A DNA stretch of 24,000 nucleotides, from the NCBI GenBank assembly GCA_006738865.1, contig AP019701.1, positions 4,761,974 to 4,785,973 on the forward strand, read 5' to 3'. The number at the start of each line of letters is the position of its first letter. Position 1 is the first letter of the stretch. Source of the stretch: Stella sp. ATCC 35155 (GTDB lineage: Bacteria > Pseudomonadota > Alphaproteobacteria > ATCC43930 > Allostellaceae). The notes under the pieces are model-generated. The model was not told the origin of the DNA, searched no databases, and worked only from the letters and a program-made list of their open reading frames with translations. The translations under genes were made by a program, and so were the position numbers. This document shows, piece after piece, positions 18,111 through 24,000 of this stretch.

Positions 18111-19160
18111 TCAGGTCGGGCGCGCCGTGCTTGCCGGACGCAGGTCGCCCGTGACCCGGCCGGCCGCGCGCTGGCGCAGCAGGTGGGGGAGGCGGTTGAA
18201 GCGGGCGCCCTCGAAATCGCAGGTCGGCAACCCCAGTCCCACGATCCTGCCGTGCAGGTCCGCCACCCCCTTGGCGATCGTCCAGCACGGCCGGAAGTCC
18301 GGGAGGATCTGCGCGACCCGCGCGAAGGAGACGCGATAGCTGCGCCGGTCCGGTTCCGCCCCCGTCATGCGCTCGACACCGGCTCCCGGAATAGCGGCTG
18401 CCACGAGCTCTGCCAGGTCCGCGATCCGGACGTTGTCGTCGTCGCTTCCGACATTGACGGTCTGGGCGTGGACGGCCTGCCGCGGCGCATCGAGCGCGGC
18501 CACCAGCGCGTCCGCCATGTCGGCGACATGGATCAGCGGACGCCATTGCGTGCCGGTGCTCTTCAGCAGGACGCGCCCGCTGGCGATGGCATGGGCGGTC
18601 ATGTTGTTGGCGACGAGATCGAACCGCAGCATCGGCGAGTACCCGTAGGCGGTCGCGAAGCGCAGCAGGATCGGCGTGAAGGCATCCGCGGCAAGCTGCA
18701 GGATCGCGGTCTCGGCGGCCAGTTTGGCGGCGGCATACGGCGTCACCGGCCGCGGCGGCGTTGCCTCGTTCACCACGTCGTCGCCTGCGGCGCCATAGAC
18801 GCTGCAGGTCGAGGCGAAGACGAAGCGGCCGACGCCCGCACGCCGGGCGGCGGCGGCCAGCGCCGCAGCGGCATCGCCATTGATGCCGGCCGTCAATGCC
18901 GGGTCGAGGTCGCCGAGCGGATCGTTGCTCAGGCCGGCAAGATGCACGACGGCATCGATGTCTTCGAGGTCGGCGGCGCCGACATCGCGGATGTCGCGGC
19001 ACAGGCTCCGGTCCGGCTGCGGCGACGGCGACGGGCCCGGCACCGCGCATTCCGCGAAGAGCCCCGTATCGATGCCCAGAACCCAATGCCCCCGTCGCTG
19101 CAGGAGGGGCAGCAGAATGGCGCCGACATAGCCGCGGTGGCCGGTGACGCAGATCCTCAT
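18111..19160 (-). CDS. Extended-SDR NAD(P)-dependent sugar epimerase/reductase-like enzyme
   Basis: MRICVTGHRGYVG carries the TGxxGxxG Rossmann motif. The catalytic Ser context is FASTCSVYG, and YxxxK is PYAAAKLAAE. LRFATAYG is also present. 349 aa. ATG 19160 overlaps the rfbF-like stop (ATGA). The remainder of the 665-aa track ORF upstream is an off-frame shadow. Confidence 0.85.
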   Translation of the reverse strand: MRICVTGHRGYVGAILLPLLQRRGHWVLGIDTGLFAECAVPGPSPSPQPDRSLCRDIRDVGAADLEDIDAVVHLAGLSNDPLGDLDPALTAGINGDAAAALAAAARRAGVGRFVFASTCSVYGAAGDDVVNEATPPRPVTPYAAAKLAAETAILQLAADAFTPILLRFATAYGYSPMLRFDLVANNMTAHAIASGRVLLKSTGTQWRPLIHVADMADALVAALDAPRQAVHAQTVNVGSDDDNVRIADLAELVAAAIPGAGVERMTGAEPDRRSYRVSFARVAQILPDFRPCWTIAKGVADLHGRIVGLGLPTCDFEGARFNRLPHLLRQRAAGRVTGDLRPASTARPT

Positions 19161-19912
19161 GGCGTCGGGACCCGACAGCGCGACCATGGCGCCGAGGCGC
19201 CTCGGCAGACCGCCGCCAGGTCTTCGAGATCGCCCGGCGTATCGATGCAGCGCCAGAAGCCGGCATGCCGATAGGCGGCGAGCCGGCGGGCCGCCGCGAG
19301 GGGTACCAGGACATCCCGTTCCCAGGAACAGCGATCGCCGCCGATCCACGCCAGCGCTTCCGGCTCGACCACGAAGAAGCCGCCATTGATCCACTGGTCG
19401 TCGAGCCGCGGCTTCTCGCGGAACCCGACGGCGAGGTCGTCCTCCAGACGGAGATGGCCGAACCGGCTCGGCGGGTGGACCGCCGCCACCGTCGCGAGAC
19501 GGCCATGCCGGCGATGGCAGGCGACCAGGGCCGCGAGGTCGAGATCGGTCAGCCCGTCGCACCAGGCCAGGACGAACGGCGCTCGTTCGAGATGGCCTGC
19601 CACCCGGGCGATGCGGCCTCCGGTCTCGACATCGGTCCCGGTATCGAGAAGGGTCAGCCGGTGGGCCAGGCCGAGCGCCGCCGTATCGCAGCGGACCGGC
19701 CCCGGTCGCCCGGCCGCGCCCGGCGCGAACGCCCGCACCACCGCATCGGCATGATGCCCGAGGGCGACGAAGACGTCCGCGATGCCGAAGGCGTTCAAGT
19801 GGCGAACCGCATGCCAGAGCAGCGGCCGTCCGGCGACGGGCACCAGGGGCTTCGGGCTGCCGACGGCGGCCAGTCGGCTGCCGCGGCCGCCTGCGAGGAT
19901 CACGCCCTGCAT
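19157..19912 (-). CDS. rfbF: Glucose-1-phosphate cytidylyltransferase (RfbF-like)
   Basis: MQGVILAGGRGSRL.....KPLVPVAGRPLLWH, LDTG....TGGR+.RV, WCDGLTDLDL, FREKP......INGGFFV.EP and GFW.C+DT..D...L......APW align along the whole length with remembered RfbF/DdhA sequences. 251 aa. Confidence 0.88.
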   Translation of the reverse strand: MQGVILAGGRGSRLAAVGSPKPLVPVAGRPLLWHAVRHLNAFGIADVFVALGHHADAVVRAFAPGAAGRPGPVRCDTAALGLAHRLTLLDTGTDVETGGRIARVAGHLERAPFVLAWCDGLTDLDLAALVACHRRHGRLATVAAVHPPSRFGHLRLEDDLAVGFREKPRLDDQWINGGFFVVEPEALAWIGGDRCSWERDVLVPLAAARRLAAYRHAGFWRCIDTPGDLEDLAAVCRGASAPWSRCRVPTP

Positions 19913-19921
19913 CGACCTGGG

Positions 19922-21031
19922 TCAGCCGGCGGCTTGGGAGGAAACGCGCGCGCCGGACCGCGCGGCCGCCCCGAGCGCGACGACGAGCCGATCGCAGAGA
20001 TCCGCGAGCCCGGCATGCTCCTGGAGGACGACCAGCGCGCGCGAGGCCCGGTCGAGGAGCCGCCGGCCCAGCATCATGCGTCCCGCGCGCCCCTCCACCT
20101 CGCCCCACAGCGGTCGGTTGATGCCGGCGATGGAGATCAGCGCATCCGCTTCCTGCCGCATCCGCGAACCATAGAGTTCACGCTGCGTCCGGATCGCCAC
20201 CCGTGCCAGCGTCTGGCGCTGCTCCTCCGACACCCGGGCAAGGGAGATCATTTCGAGATAGGCCCAGGTGAAGTCGATATAGGGTGTCAGACGATCGAAC
20301 CGGCGGAACAGGCTGCGCTCGTCCAGTTCCTGAACCGCTTCTTCGGAAAAGACCCGCGCCAGGTGATCGACCTGGTTGCGCCGGTGGCGGCGCAGCCGCA
20401 GCAACGGCTCGTCCACGAACCGAATGTCGGCATAGAGCGCCAGCTCGCAGACGAAGGCGACGTCGGAGCCGTAGAGCGGCCGTTGCGGCTGCAGGCGTTC
20501 GAACACCGTGCGGCGATACATGCCGAAGAAGTAGTTGGCGTAGTGCCAGCCGCGCATGACGGTGGCGGCGGCGGCCACCGGGTTCGCATGCCGGGTCTCG
20601 AAGCTCCGCTGCGGCTCCCACTCGTCCTGCCGCAGGGTGCGGGATTCCTCGTCGATCGCGACGATGCGGGCGGCGACCAGGCCGACTGCGGGATCGGCCC
20701 GGATCCGGTCGAGCAATCGTTCGACATAGGTCGGTTCGAGGACGTCGTTTGCCGCCAGCGGCACGACGAAGTCGCCGGTGGCGACCGCATGGATGCGGTT
20801 GTAGTTCCGAAGCTGGCCGATGTTGACGGCATTGCGATGGTAGGAGAAGCGGCGGTCGGCGAGAAAGTCGCGGCAGATTGCCGAGGTGCGGTCGGTCGAG
20901 GCATTGTCGAAGATGTGGACCTCGACAGCGCGGTGGGTCTGGCGCCGGATCGATTCCAGCATCTCGCCGACATGCCGTTCCTCGTTGAAGACGGCGAGGC
21001 AGAGGCTCACCGTCCCGGTACTTGCCACCAT
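19922..21031 (-). CDS. Family-2 (GT-A fold) glycosyltransferase, apparently soluble, with about 150-aa C-terminal helical extension
   Basis: From ATG 21031: VSLCLAVFNEERHVGEMLESIRRQTHRAVEVHIFDNASTDRT...ATGDFVVPLAANDVLEP.YVERLL is a typical GT2 N-terminal half. No hydrophobic TM-length segment was seen by eye. The track ORF extends 78 codons upstream into the intergenic region. Confidence 0.85.
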   Translation of the reverse strand: MVASTGTVSLCLAVFNEERHVGEMLESIRRQTHRAVEVHIFDNASTDRTSAICRDFLADRRFSYHRNAVNIGQLRNYNRIHAVATGDFVVPLAANDVLEPTYVERLLDRIRADPAVGLVAARIVAIDEESRTLRQDEWEPQRSFETRHANPVAAAATVMRGWHYANYFFGMYRRTVFERLQPQRPLYGSDVAFVCELALYADIRFVDEPLLRLRRHRRNQVDHLARVFSEEAVQELDERSLFRRFDRLTPYIDFTWAYLEMISLARVSEEQRQTLARVAIRTQRELYGSRMRQEADALISIAGINRPLWGEVEGRAGRMMLGRRLLDRASRALVVLQEHAGLADLCDRLVVALGAAARSGARVSSQAAG

Positions 21032-21230
21032 TCGCGCGTCTCCGCGGGGCGCGACCCATCCCGGAGCCGCCTTGGCGCAATTATCACGAAGCGGGTCCAG
21101 AATTCTACAATTGGAGTTGAATCGCGCTCGCGCACTCGCGTGCGGCGCGCATCGGGCCGGCAGGTTGCGTCCGCGAGGGGCTGCTGATAGGTTCCGCGCC
21201 CACGCCAGCAGGGCGCCCCCCGGGAAATCC
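21032..21230. promoter_or_regulatory. Divergent control region between the GT2 operon and efp
   Basis: Both genes start here, 199 bp apart. It includes a locally AT-richer patch at 21074-21125 with CAATTG and GAATTC palindromes. A possible minus-strand promoter is TTGTAG (21110-21105) - 19 nt - GATAAT (21085-21080). That assignment is tentative. Confidence 0.4.
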
Positions 21231-21797
21231 ATGAAGATCACAGCCATCGAAATCAAGCCCGGCAATATCCTCGAGCATCAGAACCGCCTCTGGGTCGTCC
21301 TGAAGCGCGAGTTGATCCAGCCGGGCAAGGGCGGCGCATTCGCCCAGGTCGAGATGCGGGACATCCGCACGGGCAACAAGACGAACGAGCGGTTCCGCAC
21401 CCAGGAGACGGTCGAGCGCGTCCGCATGGACGAGAAGGAATACCAGTTCCTCTTCGCCGAGGGCGACACGCTGACCTTCATGGATCAGGAATCCTACGAG
21501 CAGATCACCGTCGACCGCGCCAAGGTCGGGGATCCGGCCGACTTCCTGCGCGACGGCATGACCGTGACGATCCAGACCTACGAAGGCGAGGCCATGGGCG
21601 TGACCTTGCCGGCAACGGTCACGATGCTGCTGACCGAGGCCGACCCCGTGGTGAAGGGCCAGACCGCCTCTTCGTCGTACAAACCGGCAATGCTCGAGAA
21701 CGGCCGCAAGATCCTGGTTCCGCCCTTCATCGAGGCCGGTACCCGCATCGTCGTCGACACGACCGAAGGCACCTACGTCGAGCGGGCCAAGGACTGA
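21231..21797 (+). CDS. efp: Translation elongation factor P (Lys-type loop)
   Basis: MKITAIEIKPGNILEHQNRLWVVLKRELIQPGKGGAFAQVEMRDIRTGNK....F is the EF-P domain I with a PGKG loop (Lys33). The C-terminal VKG.TASSSYKPA.LE.G..I.VP.FI..G..I.VDT..G.Y..RA is also present. 188 aa. Confidence 0.96.
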   Translation: MKITAIEIKPGNILEHQNRLWVVLKRELIQPGKGGAFAQVEMRDIRTGNKTNERFRTQETVERVRMDEKEYQFLFAEGDTLTFMDQESYEQITVDRAKVGDPADFLRDGMTVTIQTYEGEAMGVTLPATVTMLLTEADPVVKGQTASSSYKPAMLENGRKILVPPFIEAGTRIVVDTTEGTYVERAKD

Positions 21798-21804
21798 CCC
21801 GGCA

Positions 21805-22620
21805 ATGGCCCGTCCCTCGCCCGTCGTCAATGTCATGACCGCCACCGCCCGCAAGGCGGCGCGGGATCTCGTGCGGGACTTCGGCGAGGTCGAGCAGTTG
21901 CAGGTCTCGCGCAAGGGTCCGGCCGATTTCGTCAGCGCCGCGGACCTGCGGGCGGAAAAGACGATCCATCGCGAGCTCGCCAAGGCGCGGCCCGGGTATG
22001 GCTTCCTCATGGAGGAGTCGGGCAGCAGCAGCAGCGGCGACGGACGTCACCGCTGGATCGTCGACCCGCTCGACGGAACGACGAATTTCCTGCATGGCGT
22101 GCCCCATTTCGCCATTTCGATCGCGCTCGAGGTCGACGGAGAGATCGTGGCCGGGGTCGTGCATCAGCCCCTGACCGACGAGACCTACTGGGCCGAGCGC
22201 GGCCAGGGCGCCTATCTCAACGACCGGCGCCTGCGCGTTTCCTCCCGCACCAAGCTCGAGGATTCGCTGATCGGCACGGGCATTCCCTTCAAGGGCGAGG
22301 AGGGCCACGGCCACTATCTGGCGACGCTCGCCAAGATCGCGCCGATGGTCAGCGGCGTGCGCCGCATGGGCGCGGCCTCCCTCGACCTCGCCTTCGTCGC
22401 GGCCGGCCGCTTCGAGGCCTTCTGGGAGTTCGAACTCAACCCCTGGGACATCGCGGCCGGGATCCTGCTCGTCCGCGAAGCCGGAGGCTACGTCACCACC
22501 CCGACCGGCGACCCCGACGTGCTCAAGAGCGGCGACGTGGTCGCGGCCAACGACCGGCTGCACCAGCCGATGGCGGAACTGATCCGCCAGGTTCCGCGCA
22601 CGGTCGGCGCCGCCGCCTGA
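21805..22620 (+). CDS. suhB: Inositol monophosphatase family protein (SuhB-like)
   Basis: Motifs FLMEESG, WIVDPLDGTTNFLHG.PHFAISIAL and WD.AAG.L+V.EAGG.V. 271 aa. The efp-suhB adjacency is common in alphaproteobacteria. Confidence 0.9.
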   Translation: MARPSPVVNVMTATARKAARDLVRDFGEVEQLQVSRKGPADFVSAADLRAEKTIHRELAKARPGYGFLMEESGSSSSGDGRHRWIVDPLDGTTNFLHGVPHFAISIALEVDGEIVAGVVHQPLTDETYWAERGQGAYLNDRRLRVSSRTKLEDSLIGTGIPFKGEEGHGHYLATLAKIAPMVSGVRRMGAASLDLAFVAAGRFEAFWEFELNPWDIAAGILLVREAGGYVTTPTGDPDVLKSGDVVAANDRLHQPMAELIRQVPRTVGAAA

Positions 22621-22688
22621 TCCCGGCTCCCGCGGGTTGTGGCTGGCACGAGCCATGCGATAGAAGGGTTCGTGCGACGGAGAGCTTT

Positions 22689-22707
22689 GCCGCCCGAGCA
22701 GCGGGCG
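22689..22707 (+). other. Perfect GC hairpin in the suhB / ompA-like spacer (possible U-tract-less terminator or 5'-UTR element)
   Basis: CCGCCCG-agcag-CGGGCGG forms a 7-bp all-Watson-Crick stem. No T run follows. It lies 5 nt upstream of the GAGGAGG SD of the next gene. Confidence 0.3.
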
Positions 22708-22724
22708 GACAACGAGGAGGTTGC

Positions 22725-23666
22725 ATGACGCAGGACCGATCCACCCGAAGGCTGGGGTTGGCGCTGATGCTGGCCGTCGCCGGCATCCTGCAGCCCGCCG
22801 GCGCGCGGGCGGCATCCGGCGGCGACGTGCATGTCGATCTCAGCGCCCTCGATCAAATGGGCTTCACCCGGGAGCGGCGGCCGGACGATGCCCGCCCGCT
22901 CGTGCTCACGCCGCCGGGCGGACAACCGGCTGCCGCCCGGCGCGGACCATCTGCCGCCCCGGTGAGCGCCGCCGCCCCGCCTGCAGCCACGGCCCCGGCA
23001 GCCACCGCCCCACCGGTCGCAGCCCCAGCGGTCGCCGCGCGCTCGTCGGCGCCAGCGGCCGCAGCGCCCGAACGGCCGGCCAGGGCCGCGGCGTCCCCGG
23101 CGGCGCCACCGCCGCCCAGCCCCTCCCCGGCACCGCCGAAGCAGGCGGCGCCCGCGACCGCGCCGCCGCCGCGCGATGTCGCGGCCGCCACGGCCACCCC
23201 GGCGCCGCCCGCCCGACCGGCACCGACCGCACCCGCGCCGGCCCAACCCACGCGGTCGCGCGCCGCGCCGCCGGCTCCGGTCGTCGCGCCGCCGCCGACA
23301 CCGGCCGCGCCGTCGCAGACCGCGGCCCTGCCGCCACCGGCCGTCGCGCAACGCCGCGGCGAGGCCCGCGTCAGCTTCCCCGCCGGCGGCACGGACCTGC
23401 CCTCCTCTGCCCGTTCCGAGCTCGACCGGGTGGCGGGCCGGCTTGCCGCCGACGAGGCGCTCCGGCTGCAGCTGAACGCCTATGCGGCAGGCGAAGGCGA
23501 ACAGTCGAGCCAGGCGCGACGGCTGTCCCTCTCGCGTGCGCTGGCGGTGCGCGCCTACCTGATCGACAAGGGCGTCCGCAGCACCCGCCTCGACGTGCGG
23601 GCGCTGGGTCAGCCCCAGGACGACGGCCCGGCCGACCGCGTCGACCTGGTGGTCGTGGGACGCTGA
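22725..23666 (+). CDS. Secreted or anchored OmpA_C-like peptidoglycan-binding protein with a long Pro/Ala-rich linker
   Basis: SD GAGGAGG precedes ATG 22725. The N-terminal signal-like segment is RRLGLALMLAVAGILQPAGARAAS. A Pro/Ala-rich region of about 150 aa follows. The C-terminal OmpA-like fold pattern is V.F..G...L......LD.VA..L.......L.L.AYA.......S...RLSLSRA.AVRAYLI.KGV...RL.V.A.G. Confidence 0.8.
   Translation: MTQDRSTRRLGLALMLAVAGILQPAGARAASGGDVHVDLSALDQMGFTRERRPDDARPLVLTPPGGQPAAARRGPSAAPVSAAAPPAATAPAATAPPVAAPAVAARSSAPAAAAPERPARAAASPAAPPPPSPSPAPPKQAAPATAPPPRDVAAATATPAPPARPAPTAPAPAQPTRSRAAPPAPVVAPPPTPAAPSQTAALPPPAVAQRRGEARVSFPAGGTDLPSSARSELDRVAGRLAADEALRLQLNAYAAGEGEQSSQARRLSLSRALAVRAYLIDKGVRSTRLDVRALGQPQDDGPADRVDLVVVGR
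22905..23351 (+). repeat. Low-complexity Pro/Ala-rich coding region (degenerate AP/PA/APA repeats)
   Basis: Residues ~61-209 of the OmpA-like protein are almost only A, P, S, T, R (e.g. APPAATAPAATAPPVAAPAVAA, PPPPSPSPAPP, PAPPARPAPTAPAPAQP). No exact long tandem unit was seen. Confidence 0.7.
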
Positions 23667-23724
23667 CGCCGGTGAACGGCCGCGGCGCATACGAGATCGC
23701 CCTGTTGCGGGGAGCTGACATCCG

Positions 23725-24000
23725 GTGACCAATCCGCGGCGCTTCCTGTTCCGGATGGTGGTCTTCCTGATCCTCGTCTTGGGGTCGCTGGCGCTGCTCT
23801 ATCCCGGGCTCGAACGGGCGTTCTTTGCCAAGCCGGCCCTGAACAGCCTGATTGTCGGGATCATCCTGTTCGGCATTGCCTACATCATGCGGCAGGTGAT
23901 CCAGCTGGAACCGGAGGCGGCCTGGGCCGATACCCTGCGCCGCAGCGAACCCGGCCTGTCGGTGATGCGGACGCCACGGCTGCTCGGCCCCGTCGCCGCC
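23725..24000 (+). CDS. Membrane protein, N-terminal part; probably a MotA/TolQ/ExbB-family proton-channel protein (3' end beyond window)
   Basis: The frame is open from GTG 23725 (GGGGAG 10 nt upstream) to the window end and is not listed in the ORF track. It translates to VTNPRRFLFRMVVFLILVLGSLALLYPGLERAFFAKPALNSLIVGIILFGIAYIMRQVIQLEPEAAW.., with two clear TM helices. This resembles my recollection of the N-termini of long MotA/ExbB-like proteins of Rhizobiales. The channel domain itself would lie outside the window. Confidence 0.5.
   Translation, partial: MTNPRRFLFRMVVFLILVLGSLALLYPGLERAFFAKPALNSLIVGIILFGIAYIMRQVIQLEPEAAWADTLRRSEPGLSVMRTPRLLGPVAA

Noticed and set aside
15598-19506. 1302-aa ORF on the minus strand, which would be a giant multidomain protein
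   Set aside because: Only its last 417 codons (from ATG 16851) give a coherent protein. Upstream of that, the translation is Arg/Pro/Gly/Ala junk. The region is fully explained by three well-motifed genes in the other two minus-strand frames (MT-A, SDR, rfbF). The lack of stops is a consequence of extreme GC content.
15598-21230. The sugar cassette as a mobile element or genomic island
   Set aside because: I saw no integrase, transposase or recombinase, no adjacent tRNA, no flanking direct or inverted repeats detectable by eye, and no obvious compositional break. It may still be horizontally acquired, but no mobility feature can be supported from the sequence.
22905-23351. Repetitive GC-rich tract considered as a possible CRISPR array or tandem DNA repeat
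   Set aside because: There are no regularly spaced identical repeats and no spacer structure. The tract is in frame within a well-supported ORF and encodes a Pro/Ala-rich linker. No cas genes are present.

Overview
Very GC-rich chromosomal segment; gene content and synteny point to an alphaproteobacterium (Rhizobiales/Rhodospirillales-like). Most of the window is conserved housekeeping sequence. On the minus strand, a tightly coupled yebC-ruvC-ruvA-ruvB-ybgC-tolQ-tolR string occupies 1-4332. A DUF4164-zapA-(6S RNA)-5-formyl-THF cyclo-ligase-ymdB block occupies 8130-10334. On the plus strand lie tkt-gap-(small ORF)-class I fba-thiE at 10460-15680 and efp-suhB at 21231-22620. An OmpA-like/MotA-like pair sits at the right edge. 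There are two accessory patches. (i) 4517-8118 holds an amidase, an orphan DUF3325 membrane protein, a SAM methyltransferase and an AraC regulator. (ii) 15598-21031 holds a compact five-gene minus-strand operon wedged between thiE and efp. It encodes a soluble GT2 glycosyltransferase, an RfbF-like glucose-1-phosphate cytidylyltransferase, an extended SDR without a dehydratase signature, and two divergent Zn-ribbon C-methyltransferase-type enzymes. It has no export, polymerisation or lipid-carrier genes. This cassette is the best candidate for an undescribed system: it looks like a self-contained module that makes an unusual, possibly doubly methylated, CDP-sugar and transfers it to an unknown acceptor. 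It is divergently transcribed from efp. A candidate 6S RNA with a 15-bp closing stem is also visible in the zapA/5-FCL spacer. Many long ORFs in the track are GC-driven antisense or off-frame shadows of real genes and were rejected. All functional calls rest on reading the translations by eye against remembered family motifs; no searches were run.
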